Shown here piece by piece: positions 50,960 to 62,972 of a stretch of DNA of 64,000 nt. The position numbers and the translations under genes were made by a program. The DNA comes from Carcharhinus longimanus (taxonomy: Eukaryota). How positions within the stretch are numbered: position 1 is the first letter of the stretch; every line of letters begins with the position of its first letter. The notes under the pieces are model-generated. The model saw only the letters and a program-made list of their open reading frames with translations, was not told where the DNA came from and made no database searches. The DNA is taken from positions 104,750,475-104,814,474 of the forward strand of contig JASCQW010000001.1 in NCBI GenBank assembly GCA_030264375.1, read 5' to 3'.

Positions 50960-51190
50960 ATGAAAGCAAAATACTGCGGAAGCTGGAATCTGAGACAAAT
51001 CTGAAGACATCTGACAGCATCTGTGGAGAGAGAATAGAGTCAATGTTATAAGTTTGGATGATTCTTTGCCAGAGCTGCTCTTCGTCAGAGCTCTGGAGAA
51101 GGGTCATCTGGACTTGAAACGTTGGCTCTATTCGCTCTCCACAGATGCAGTCAGACCTACTGAGATTTTCCAGCATTTTCCTGTTTGTGC
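50960..51190. mobile_element. Penelope-like inverted-repeat element with degenerate hammerhead cores
   Basis: Arms gcatctgtggagagagaatagagtcaatgtt / aacgttggctctattcgctctccacagatgc; CTGGAGA...GAAAC at 51093-51120. Confidence 0.7.
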
Positions 51191-52688
51191 TTAATCTTCT
51201 GACATTGTGTTACAAGTGGAACTCCTGACTGCTGGAAACATATATCAGAAATTTGGGCAGCAATGTGATTAATTTTCTGTGGAAAATCATATGCACAATA
51301 CAACCAAAATTTTGATAAACATCGAAAGGCTTCCCACCAGTAACTTAAGCATTACATTCTAATTATTTTTCCAGCAAGAACTGCCCAATTATTTTTAAAA
51401 ATCCAGCATTAGCAGTACCTGTTTTTCCATCTATCTTTTATAGAAATAATCCAGAAATGTTGATTAAACATGTTGAAAATGTACCTAATATGCTCATACA
51501 CTCCCTAAATGGCCAAGTCTCTCTGCTGGCTGCAGTAAATTGAAAATTACCCCAATATACAAAACTGAAGAATTTAATTCAACAACAACTTATAGATGTC
51601 TGGTCATCAAGGAGGTAAATATATCTCAAATAAAGTAACTAAGCAACCTTCAAGAGCAGATTCAAAGCTGTCAGAAGATTGTGTGGTGATGAGGCCATTG
51701 CAATAAACAAAGTGACCCAGTGGAGGGGTTAAATGCCACTAATTAGCCTTGGTAATGTAATGAACATTTTACACTTTTCTATTAAAGTTTTAACATATAT
51801 GGACAGATTTCACTTTCCTGTTCCTGTCTGGTTACTTTTTTTATATGTTTTGTTCCAAAGCCGCTACACCTACACACCACATATGTGCGCAAAATAACAG
51901 CTGCTGCAGCCTTAGCAGCCAAAGGGGAACCCAGGAGGGATTTATGAGCCATGAAAAATTGTCTTTCAAAGCATCAGAACTTTCCCTTTCTGTAGGAAGC
52001 TTGGAAATATCAAATATAATTGGCTTTTGTGGCAAAGCTCTTTCTGAGTTTTTTTTGTTCTGAAATGATTGCGCTGCTTTTTCTTGTAATGAGAATCAAA
52101 CTGTGATGCAAGTGATCAGAGTCCAAATGTTACAACAGAGCAAGTTATGGAGAACTTCAATGACTGTGAGGTTCCACTTTCAGAAGCATATGTTGGTAAT
52201 ATTACATCGATATAAGGCGGTGGTGCTGCTTCAAGTTGTAACATTGAGACAAGGGAAAGGTTCAGATTTCAGTGCACTAAGTGATGGTATTTTCATCAGC
52301 ACAGTGGGAGGACTAGTTTTACACAAAGTGGATAAATTAGGTCATTGTTTCCCTGCCATCATTTCTTCAGAATTGTCCTTAATATTTAATGTTTAAGCAT
52401 TCAATTGAATAAATATTTTTGATAAAGTATACTCACAAAACTGTAACTTTAAATAGTGTGACAGGGTCAAGACATTGCATTGTATGTTTTTATAAATATT
52501 CTCATGACTGTTTATAAAATGTTTTAAAAAGGGACAAAGATCTTATAAATGGCTAAAGTTATGCCTGCCAGTGACTGTCGATCTGGCTCTGCCTGGGTTT
52601 GAATACCTGGCCCCATCTATACTGCTTACTGAAACTTTTGTACCCTTGCCTACAAGGCAGATGCATCCCCATGTGCCTATCTCATCAT

Positions 52689-53222
52689 GTGTCTTGGCGT
52701 TTATTGGTAGGGGGATTGAATTTAGGAGTTGCAGTGTCATGTTGCAACTGTACACTACTCTGGTGCGGCCGCACTTGGAGTACTGTGTGCAGTTCTGGTC
52801 CCCGCATNNNNNNNNNNNNNNNNNNNNNNNNNNNNNNNNNNNNNNNNNNNNNNNNNNNNNNNNNNNNNNNNNNNNNNNNNNNNNNNNNNNNNNNNNNNNN
52901 NNNNNNNNNNNNNNNNNNNNNNNNNNNNNNNNNNNNNNNNNNNNNNNNNNNNNNNNNNNNNNNNNNNNNNNNNNNNNNNNNNNNNNNNNNNNNNNNNNNN
53001 NNNNNNNNNNNNNNNNNNNNNNNNNNNNNNNNNNNNNNNNNNNNNNNNNNNNNNNNNNNNNNNNNNNNNNNNNNNNNNNNNNNNNNNNNNNNNNNNNNNN
53101 NNNNNNNNNNNNNNNNNNNNNNNNNNNNNNNNNNNNNNNNNNNNNNNNTAACTGGTCGGCGCAACATCGTGGGCCGAAGGGCCTGTTCTGCGCTGTAATG
53201 TTCTATGTTCTATGTTCTATGT
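52689..53222 (+). mobile_element. CR1/HER1 LINE 3' end (mostly gap)
   Basis: LYTTLVRPHLEYCVQFWSPH and (ttctatg)n tail. Confidence 0.92.
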
Positions 53223-54429
53223 GAAAGTCAGATCTGTACAGCATCAGTTTTCAACCGAGGGGCCATGTTGCAACACGCTTTCTGCATTTGAATGTGTGCA
53301 AGTAAACTATCCTTCTGAGTTTATTTTATCTTGAGTTTGCTGTGGGGCTATTAATAGAAAATTGGATTACGCTAAAACTGTGGGGTTAGGAAATATGGCA
53401 CCACTTCTAAAGGGTGAATCAATGAAAACACCTTTCTGTTTATGGATGGCTGTCAGAGAGGAGAAATCAGGGTGGTGTGAATTAGGCCTTTCATGTCTGT
53501 AACAATAGCCATAACAAGTACTTTACACTTCAGAAACCAAGGGTCTGGCTGCATTCTACATTGTCAAGCTATGTACTGGAAAGCTAATGTGAAAAAGTTA
53601 CATCTAGCAGAAAGAAAATAAAACGTTGTCCAAAAAAAGAGCACTTGGCCCTGTATAAAATAAAACTTCACCTTCAACCAAGGCACACCAAAACATTTTA
53701 ACCGGTCATATTGTTTGTGAGCTCTTGTTCTATGAAGGATAGGAGATGTAGTAACGTGGCAGAACACAATATTCAGTGATTGAGCATGTATTTGAGAGCA
53801 CAGAGCAGCAATTGAATACAGGTCCAAACTCGCGTTGTGCGGTGGTGGAGCATGAGTCCAAGCTCGCGTTGCAGCAACTGGAGATCGGTGTTTGAACACT
53901 GGCTGTTGACCCTCACATGTCAAAGAGTAAGGAAGTCTTTGTTGTCCCCCCTTGAACATAGTTTGCTTTGAATCAACAATNNNNNNNNNNNNNNNNNNNN
54001 NNNNNNNNNNNNNNNNNNNNNNNNNNNNNNNNNNNNNNNNNNNNNNNNNNNNNNNNNNNNNNNNNNNNNNNNNNNNNNNNGAACAGAGTGTGCTTTGAAT
54101 CAACAATTTAATAACTTTCACCTGCTGCGTAATTGTTGATCTTTGCAATTGTTACATTGGCGATGAGGTAAATCGGGACCGAAGTCGGCAGCTCCTGAAA
54201 TTGAGGAGAGAGAGAGTCTATTACATTTTTTAAAATGCCTCTTTGTGGGAAAATTGATCCTATGAACTCAGAGTCTAAACATTGTGTTCAGTATATTGAA
54301 GGACTCCACTATTTCTTCACCGCTAATGGAATTACAAAAGTAAATAAGCAAAAGGTCTGTTTATGGTCTATAGATTTCAGTTTTATATCTTATTAAGAAT
54401 TTGACATCCCCAGAACCTTGAATACTAAG

Positions 54430-54765
54430 GAGGTGATCTTGCCAAAAAAAATCTAAGTGCCAAATGAGAGTGAAAAAGGAAGAAAATCATGCTTTTTTTG
54501 GGCAAGTTAAAAATTGAACCTTACCTTGCTTTGAGGAAAACATGAAGAAAGTTCTCTTTCCCACTACTGGGGAGGGGCTGAGCTCACTGAAAGTGGGCAG
54601 TTTGCAGCAGACGGCGCCATCGTGCATGTGCAGTTCTTTCTCGTCTGTGCAATAGCCCTGTCAGTCACTTTTCCCCCGCTACTGCTTGCCTTTGTGGACA
54701 ATCACCCACACCCCCGCTCTTGCTGCCCTCTCCTGCTGATCCATCCCCCCCCAGCCCACATGGAT
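54430..54765. mobile_element. Harbinger-like non-autonomous fragment nested in Gypsy gag
   Basis: ccaaaaaaaatctaagtgcc start resembles the 3052 family; gag resumes after it. Confidence 0.5.
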
Positions 54766-56104
54766 TGATTATAACTTTGGTAAAGGATCGTTACAACCCC
54801 AAACTGTCTATCATTATTCAGCGTTTTGCGTTTAATTCTGCAGTAAGTGACCCTGGGGAGATGATTGTGACATATATGGCAAGACTAAGAAAATTGGCAG
54901 AGCCATGTGAACTTGGACCATCGCTAGGTGACATGCTACAAGACAGATTAGTTTGCAGCATAACTAACTCAAACATACAAATAAAGCCACTGGCAGAGGA
55001 TAAGATTTCCTTAGAGAAAGCCATGGAGATAGCTCAGGCAATTGAGAGCGCGGAGAGAGGCACTCTCGAGTTACAGTGAATGCATACAGGTGAGGTGAAT
55101 CATCTATGGCGCAATCCTTCGGCAAGTCGGATGGGCAGAGTTGAGAGGGCAGAAGAAACAGAGCAAAACCTCAATGAGTAAGGCAGGGGTCTGAACAAAA
55201 AGAAAATAGGTTAACAAACCAGAAATTCTGAAGAATTCCAGGTGAGATCACCTCCGGGAAAAATGTAAATTCTAGGATTCTATCTGTTCTGGATGCAATC
55301 GGAGAAGCTACATCTGAATTAAGTGCCAAGTCAAACAGAATACATCTGGCTTAATCAAAAATATAAGACTTGGACACCAGTGCATAATTTAGAAAATGAT
55401 TCAAAAGAGAAATCTGAGATATTTCAATTGAATAATGTCCAAAGCAGTAAATCAGATCCTTTAGTAATAGTACCCTTGGTAAACGGGCCACTATATATAG
55501 AAGTGGAGACTGGTGGTTCTATTGCCATCGTAGGGGAGCAGACATTTAAATACCTTCAGGAACCGTAAGAACTAAGAGCAGGAGTAGGCAATTTAGCTCC
55601 TTGGCCTGCTCCAGCACTTAATAGGATCATGGCTGATATCATCTTGATCACAGGAGTTAAACCTCTAAAGTTCAGTAGTACAACAGCTAGTTTGACCATG
55701 TATACAGAGAAACCCTAAAAATTTTGAGAACTACAGCTGTGTCAGTGACTTATCAGCACCAGTATATTCAACTACCGATTATTGTCACAAAAGGCCAGGG
55801 TCTAGTCTCATGCAATGAGATTAGTTATATCACATAGAACTAAGTTGGATAAATGCCTTCAGTATAGCCAATGGCAGTTCACATCAACATTATTAAAAAT
55901 ACCCTGAAGTTTTTCAAAATGAATTAGGCAGAATTTGGGGAGTCAAGGCTAAAATTTACATGAATCTGAATGCTACCCCCACATTTTTTAGAGTTCGCTC
56001 AGTGCCTTACGTCAAAAAAATCGAGACAGAATTCACATGTTTGGAAAAATTAGGAGTCATAAGGCCACTACAGTTTTCTTAATGGGCCGTACCCATCACA
56101 CCTA

Positions 56105-56343
56105 AAAGTAGTTAAAATGTGGTTAATAGTCATAAGTAGGCTTGCATTAACACTGCAATGAAGCATGGACAATCCACCTAACCCGCACATCTTTAGACTG
56201 TAGGAAGAAATCAGATTACCCGGAGGAAGCCCACGCAGACAGGGGGAAAATGTGCAAACACCACATAGACAGCGACCCAAGCTGGGAATCAAACCCGGGT
56301 TCCTGGTGCTGTGAGGCAGCAGTGCTAACTACTGTGCCACCGC
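56105..56343 (-). mobile_element. HE1-like SINE with alternative tail, nested in Gypsy RT
   Basis: HE1 head (tgtgaggcagcagtgctaac) joined to the taagtaggcttgcattaacactgcaatgaag tail. Confidence 0.85.
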
Positions 56344-57722
56344 TGTACTAAAATTGGATCAGACTGCTCGAATTTGTGAGAACTATAATTAATTGTCAAT
56401 CAAGCAGCCAAGCTGGACCAATATCCAATTTCAACAATATAGGATTTTTATGCAAAGCTAGCAGGAGGCCCAACATATACAAAAGTAGACATGATCCATG
56501 CCCACCAATTAGAATTGATGGGCATGAATTAGAATTGGATGAGGATTCAAGAACATTTGGCACAATTAACACCAACAAGGATTTATTTTAATACACCTGG
56601 TCACCTTTTGGTGTGTCTTCAGCATGTGCATTTTTTTTACACACTATGGAAAGTTTATTGCAAGACATTCCCTAAGTACTGGCATACCTGGATAATGTTT
56701 CAAAAGAGGAGTTTTCCCAGAAGAGCATTTAGTAAAACTTGAAGAGGTGCTTAAGAGATTCAAAGAGGCGATTCGTGACTTAAAAGAGAGAAGTGTACCT
56801 TTCAGGCCCACCAGGTCATTTACGTTGGATTTAAATTCGATGCTAAGGGACAACACCCTCTTGAAGAAAAAGTAAAAGTCATAAAGGAAGCCCTTAGAAA
56901 TGTATTAGAACTAAAATCTTTATTGGGCATGATTAATTATTATGGCCAGTTTATACCAAATCTATCAACATTACTGGCATCTTTGCAACTACTTTTTAAA
57001 AAATATCAATGTTAATTTTGCTTTACAATCTTCAGATTTGCCAGTCCATTTCGACCCAAAAAGAGAAATAATCTTGATGTGTGATACTTTGCCAGTTGAC
57101 ATAGAGGCAGTTTTGCCTCATAGAATGGAAGACGGTGTAAAAGAGCCTGTAGATTTTGCATCAAGAACCTTAACTGACCCTGAGAGATTCTCAAATTGAA
57201 AAGAAGGGCTAGTTATCATTTATGGAGTTAAAAAATTCCACTGGTATGTTTACGGGGTTCACTTCATGATCACCATCAACCACCAACCATTATTAGGGTT
57301 ATTTATCAAAGACAAGCCTTGTTCAACAGGATTTCATTTCAGGGAAGATGCGGCATAGCCCTGGCAGAAATGACTGGAATTTGCCATTTTAACTTAGATC
57401 CACAGGATGAACACTAATTTGCAATAGAACAAGAATTGAATCTTTAGTCCTGACTTTAACCTTTATGGGAAGGTTCAGGTTGGGAGCCTGGGGTATAAAC
57501 TGGCGTCCTACCTAAAATCGTCGCACTCCCACCAGGTTAAAACTGTACCTTTTTTGTTTTGTGTTTCCTATATCTGCAGCTTTTTTTTTGTAAGTTTAGC
57601 TAAATTGCAGTAAAATTCATTGCTGGCAGGAGATGCATCATCCTCAAAGTGGTCCAGGGGATTTTCACGATACCTTCATTGCAGTAAGCCTACTTGTTAC
57701 ATTAATAAACTTTAAACTTTAG

Positions 57723-57848
57723 TGATGGGTTTTTACCACCTCGACTGCTCAAGGCTCGTAAGATCCTGCCTAAGGCCAACAGAGAATGCTGTTCTGCGAG
57801 CCTCACTCGCCCTAATTTCGAGTTGGGCATGCCAATAAAAATCTGGCA
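57723..57848. mobile_element. Harbinger-type MITE, inverted copy of the 11243 family
   Basis: ggctcgtaagatcctgcctaaggccaacagagaatgct is the reverse complement of 11291-11330. Confidence 0.75.
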
Positions 57849-58659
57849 TAGGTGTCCAAATGATATAATAATAAGGACAAAAGCTGCTGTCCGCTATTTA
57901 CAACAATCAGCTCTGTGGTGGATTCAAATTAGTCGTGTAAACAAGAAAGAGGGGTGAGTTACATGGATAATTTATGAAATCAGTGAAATATTGCGTTCAC
58001 AGACGTTGAATACTTATAATCCTAAATGTTAGCTCAGACCGGAGTGCTTAGAGCGCTATACTGCTGAGAAAATTCTTAAAACTGCTTCTCAGCAGTTTCT
58101 GGCAGTGAAATAATTTGCTTCCCAGCCTCTGTGATAAAGCTATTACCATGGATTCTATCTTCATAACGGAAATAGAGCAGGAATAGGAGAAATGAGAGAG
58201 GCATGTAGAATAAGGGGAAGAAAATCACCTAAAAGTTAACCCTGCACAATATAGCCCATGTCATTCCTTTGATGGTAGCTCAGAAGATGTCTGCTTAAGT
58301 AGGTAATGAGTTAGTGAGGAAACATAGAAGGACATGCATTCTATTACAAACTGACTTCTGGGCATCTTCGGAAGCCAAAAGTCAACTTTAATGCAGAATT
58401 ATAGGAATAACTAGATTAAAAAGACCAAAGCCCAACTAATCCTCCTTTGACAATCCTGATAGTCACATGATGCAATGATAATTGAGTTGTTGGCTAATTT
58501 TAGCAATCTATCACCATCTGTAAGCCTGTTTGTATAACACAGACTCAGAGCAGAGCTTCCTGATGGTTCCTAACTCTTCTCATACTTTAAGAATAATAAA
58601 TGAAGGAGTGACACACATATAAAGAGACAGCAAGGAAGGTTCAGAAGAAGCAAATTGCT

Positions 58660-58830
58660 CACCTTGGCTGCTCTGGGGAGGTTATTAAGTGTTTTCATGT
58701 GGTGCAGAGGAGTTCTGGGGAGGAAGCACTCACGAATGTTAGCTGTTTGTCTTTTGGCTTTTACTGTCATCCTTCTTACCTGCTTCTTTGAATGCTGCCC
58801 TGGTCTTCTTAAGAAATAGTAGATTTTTAT
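58660..58830 (-). pseudogene. Harbinger Myb/SANT-like exon remnant
   Basis: ...PRTPLHHMKTLNNLPRAAK followed by a gtgagc donor, the same exon end as at about 36120. Confidence 0.5.
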
Positions 58831-58919
58831 ATCCACTGCAGCCCAAGGGTCTCTGCCAGCTGTTTTAAAGCTTACCCTTTGGTATGCATCCATGGGCCAA
58901 GATTTAACAACTGTGCATG

Positions 58920-59195
58920 CATAAGAATATAAGAATATAAGAAATAGGAGCAGGAGTAGGCCATCTAGCCCTTCGAGACTGCCCCACCATTCAATAAGAT
59001 CATGGCTGATCTGAAGTGGANNNNNNNNNNNNNNNNNNNNNNNNNNNNNNNNNNNNNNNNNNNNNNNNNNNNNNNNNNNNNNNNNNNNNNNNNNNNNNNN
59101 NNNNNNNNNNNNNNNNNNNNTGATCACCTGCTGCACCTGCAGACTGGGTTTTTGCGACTCATGCACAAGGACCCCCAGGTCCCTCTGCACCGTAG
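58920..59195 (-). mobile_element. CR1/HER1 LINE 3' fragment (gap inside)
   Basis: VQRDLGVLVHESQKPSLQVQQVI and (ataagaat)n tail. Confidence 0.9.
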
Positions 59196-59199
59196 CAGA

Positions 59200-59885
59200 G
59201 GGACCATTGTTGCAAAATCTCTTAAGAGTCCAAAAATGGGATTTGCGCCAGCAAGATTTCAGTTCTGGCTCTTCCCTGCACCCCCTCCAATATCCCGGCA
59301 AAGAAATAGAAATTTCTGCCACTGGTACCCTGGCAGTGCTGACCTGGCTATGCCAGGGTGGGCCCTCTGGTGAGTCCAAACAGGCTGGGGTTCCCATTAT
59401 ATGTTGTGGGGTGCACGTCCTGATACATGTGGAGTGGTGGATACCCTCATGCCTTCTGGGCAGGATGTCTGTCCAGGGGATGGGGGGGGCTTGTTGGGGA
59501 GCGATGCTTGTGGATGGGAAGGGGAGGGGGTCTCTCTGATGCCTGTGGTGATGCCTATGAGACCCCTGGTGCTTGCTGGGGAGCTGATATACCCATGAAG
59601 AGAAGGTCACCCTGATATCCTGTGGAGTGGTGTGGGAGTTTACGTTTTGTGCAGATCGGGGCATCCTTTAAAAATGCACGCTGATCTATGTGGGGCCAGG
59701 CTTGCTGGCTCTATCAGGCCCTGCCCCACCAGAGTGATGAAACAAACCATGCCCCCAGATTCTCTGTGCACTGAGTACCAGAGAATCTGGAGAGAAAGCA
59801 CGGCTGTTCAGCTGATCGCTGACAAATTGTGGGACAATTCCACCCATGGTCTTTGCCAGCATCAATATTGGAAAATATTGCCAAG
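59200..59885. mobile_element. Non-autonomous Harbinger-like element
   Basis: ggcagtgc motifs; ctctgtgcactg and tggaaaatattgcc terminus similar to the 3052 family. Confidence 0.5.
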
Positions 59886-60904
59886 AAATCTAATTCCAAG
59901 CCAAATAAACACAACAGTGAGATCTCGAAATAAATCTCCAGAATGTATTGTTCCGGAACTTCAGTGGAAAGCAGATTGGGCATGGTGTCAATTTCCTACA
60001 TGCCTATTTGACAGTGCTGGCATACAGCAATTCATACCCTCAGTGCCTTTGTAGGCTCTAACTCCCATTTCTTTCCCAGACATCTGCCCTTGGTTCCAGG
60101 TGTATCTCAGGCTGTATCTCATGTTCGTGTCATAAAATGTGAAAAAAAACTTGAAATAAAAGATATGCACATAAATATGTTCAAAAAATACACTAGCTGG
60201 GAAGTGGTCTAACAGTTCCATGACTAACAGTTCAATGTTTCTGTGAGGTTAGATCCGGAAATATCCAATAAATCTGACTTCTGGCAGCCTTTGCTCAGTG
60301 CTTGTTACTCAGTACAGCAATATCATTAGGTATGGCTCTTAGACCTCAAGACTATGAGATAAAATGTGTTTCTGTTTACTCTTCGAAATATCGCAAAGAT
60401 CACTGACTTGTACAAGAAATGAACAATTTTTGGTCAATTCTATATAAAAAAAGCAAGCTATATGTAGACGTATATATGTTCTTGATAAGGTCACCTGGGA
60501 CATTACTCTTTTATCCTTTACCATTCAATTAAGTGGGAACTTGGAGAGTTTTCAGCCCAAATCAGGTATTGGATTTTTCAGAATTAGCTGACTCTATTTT
60601 GGGGTTTAGTTCAGCCGATGTTTTGGGTCATGTCTGCCTCTGGAATAATTTTGTAAGATTCCAAGCTCCCTCTGCCTACGACAGCACTGACATCTGCTCC
60701 CTGTATTATTTTCCTGGCTGGCTATTTTGCTACATGTATCTGTCTCTCTTATAATCTTTCCACCTTACATTAGCTCACTTATTTTCATTTCTACTTTTTG
60801 AAGCTGTATTCCCTTGCATAAGTTCCCATTCTGATTTAGTTCCATTCTGGGCAATTGGACTCATAATCTCTGGCTATATGAGTGGCTGAATATTTATCCA
60901 TGGA

Positions 60905-61352
60905 TTTTTTTTTATTAATTCAAAGGATGTGGGCTTCACTGACTAGGCCAACATTCATAGTCCATCCCTAATTGCCCTTGAGAAGGTGGTGTTGAGCTGC
61001 CTTCTCGAACCATTGCAGTTCATATGATGTAGGTACACCCATGGTGCTGTTAGGGAGTGCGTTCCAGGATTTTGACCCAGTGACAGTGAAGGAACGGTAA
61101 AATATTTCCGAGTCAGGGAAATGAGTGGCTTGGACAGGGACTTCTCGATTGTGGTGTTCTCATGTATCTGCTGCCCTTGTCCTTTTAGATGGTTGTAGTC
61201 ATGGGTTTGTAGATGGTACATATAGATGCTACTGTATGTTAGTGGTGGAGGGAGTGAATGTTTGTGGAAGGGGTGTCAATCAAGCAGGCTGCTTTGTCCT
61301 GAATGGTATTGAGCTTCTTGAGTGTTGTTGGATCTGCTCTCATCCAGTCAAA
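60905..61352 (-). mobile_element. CR1/L2-group LINE 3' end (partner of the second SINE family)
   Basis: T-run, then catccctaattgcccttgagaaggtggtg; minus strand gives the SWNALP / FEKAAQHHLLKG C-terminal motif. Confidence 0.85.
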
Positions 61353-61357
61353 GGGAA

Positions 61358-61650
61358 TGTGATGACTTCAGCCAGGCCAATGAGTTTGGCTTGGTAGAGT
61401 ATGAACTACCTGATGAGTCTTCCCTAAGTTAATTTGATTTAGTTTAATTTGGTGGTACCTAAAAATAAGTACCTGATGAGTCCTAAGTGATGGTTAAATC
61501 AGGGAGCCTCATGCTCCCTATTTAAAGCAGGTGTGTCAGCCTCCCAGCCTGCATTAAGCAGGGATCAACTGGAGAGCTGGCTGTGTGCAGATGTATGATG
61601 TAAATAAAGTAACTTGGTGACAGAATCTTCACCTCCATGGAGTTATTACA
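61358..61650 (+). mobile_element. Solo LTR, 293 bp, 5-bp TSD GGGAA
   Basis: TGTGATGA...TTATTACA termini; GGGAA at 61353-61357 and 61651-61655; TATA-like tatttaaa at about 61518, AATAAA at about 61603. Confidence 0.9.
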
Positions 61651-62856
61651 GGGAAAATGTGTTTCATCTTATTCCAATACTGAAGTATTTCATGAATGGC
61701 AGAATGTGGTGTGGTACACACATTGCGAGACATCTGCTTTTAATACGTTTTTAATTTAACAACTAATTTCACCATAGCCTTGATATTATGCCTTCTCTGC
61801 CAGAATCCCCCTATCCCTAACCGGCCCCCCCCCACCCCCGACATCCCCAGCCACTGTTAATGGTGGGCAGAAGGGCCAAAAGTGATTTGGGAAAGGTTAA
61901 ACCCAACCCACCATGTAGAACCATTGGCATTCTATAACAGCAGGAAGCGAGGCATGCCGATGTCCAATCTAGGAGTTGTGGATGCATCATTAGCATATTT
62001 AAATCAGAGTCCCACAGTATAATTGGAGCCTGATTTAAATTGAACATCAATCAATCAGATTTCCCAGGACTCAGGAAATCTGATTGTGAAATGAAGGCAG
62101 GTTGCTTCAATATGCTTTTCATTGCACCCCTTGTGGGTCAGGAGGAGCAGGATTTGCTTGCTTTACCTAATTTGCTGCATGACCCACAATTCAATTGCCA
62201 AGGGTCCTTGGCTGCAGCCTTCCATGGCTGATTTTCCAAACTGACCAGCTGCCAGCAAAGAAAAGGGAACATAAATTTTTAATACAGCTCTTGTTCTTGT
62301 CTAGTTTCTCCTGCACTATTGCCAGGTCCTTGACAGGATTATGAAATAAAATTCAGAAAGTTACNNNNNNNNNNNNNNNNNNNNNNNNNNNNNNNNNNNN
62401 NNNNNNNNNNCCTACAAAGAGCCCATTTTGGCCATTTAGTTGCGGGCCCCCAAAAGGACTTTCCATTAACAATTTTGAGGACATATAAATATTAACAAGA
62501 AAGGCAAACTGTACAGATTTTCATGCAAGTCACTGCTGAAGGATGCACTGAAAATTTTGCTTTTCTGGTAGAATATAATTTACAGCTGCATGTACATGCT
62601 GTTATCCATGCATTAAACTTATTGCTTGAGCGTTCAAAGGTTTGCACTAAGAACAAAGGACTAATTAGGACATGTACATGCATTGGGATGGAAAACAGGA
62701 ACTGAAACAAATGCAATAACTTAGATTTCACTGAAATGTATTGAAAAAAAAAATGTGTTTGAATGAAACCACTTTTCAATATGAAGGAAGCTACTTTTAG
62801 GAGTGATTTAATGTATTTTGTTTTGGATTTGATTTCCTGTTCGCTGCTGGTCACAG

Positions 62857-62972
62857 GAAAAGAAGTAACATTACAGGACGCAATCAGGCGCAGAAGATTG
62901 AGTTACACTGAACTTGTACAGCAAGCACGGTGGCAGCAAAATCTGAGGCCGTTCCAGCTTGCCTACAAGCAG
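62857..62972 (+). CDS. Candidate internal coding exon of an unidentified gene (KEVTLQDAIRRRRLSYTELVQQARWQQNLRPFQLAYKQ)
   Basis: Pyrimidine-rich ...tcacag acceptor, open frame, retained CpGs in AT-rich flanks, weak CAG|gtcata donor; protein not recognised. Confidence 0.3.

Larger units (their letters stand above)
53747..57320 (+). mobile_element. Gypsy LTR retrotransposon, 3'-truncated: 5' LTR (about 53747-54156), PBS, gag, PR, RT, RNase H
   Basis: ...gttaca then TGGCGATGAG PBS; gag MPLCGKID...YFFTAN and YMARLRKLAEPC...LQDRLVC; protease IEVETGG (DTG); RNase H LMCDT...FASRTL...YGVKKFH; many stops. Confidence 0.92.

Noticed and set aside
15031-52335. CACAGTG heptamers (15031, about 39004, 52300) as V(D)J recombination signals
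   Set aside because: No nonamer lies at 12- or 23-bp spacing, and no V or J segments are nearby.
58570-59664. Longest ORF (364 aa, minus strand)
   Set aside because: It runs through an N-gap and three unrelated repeats (Harbinger-like, CR1, Myb remnant), so it is a chance read-through.
61405-61500. Two CTGATGAG motifs suggesting hammerheads or a C/D snoRNA
   Set aside because: There is no downstream stem II plus GAAA; they are explained as an internal LTR duplication.
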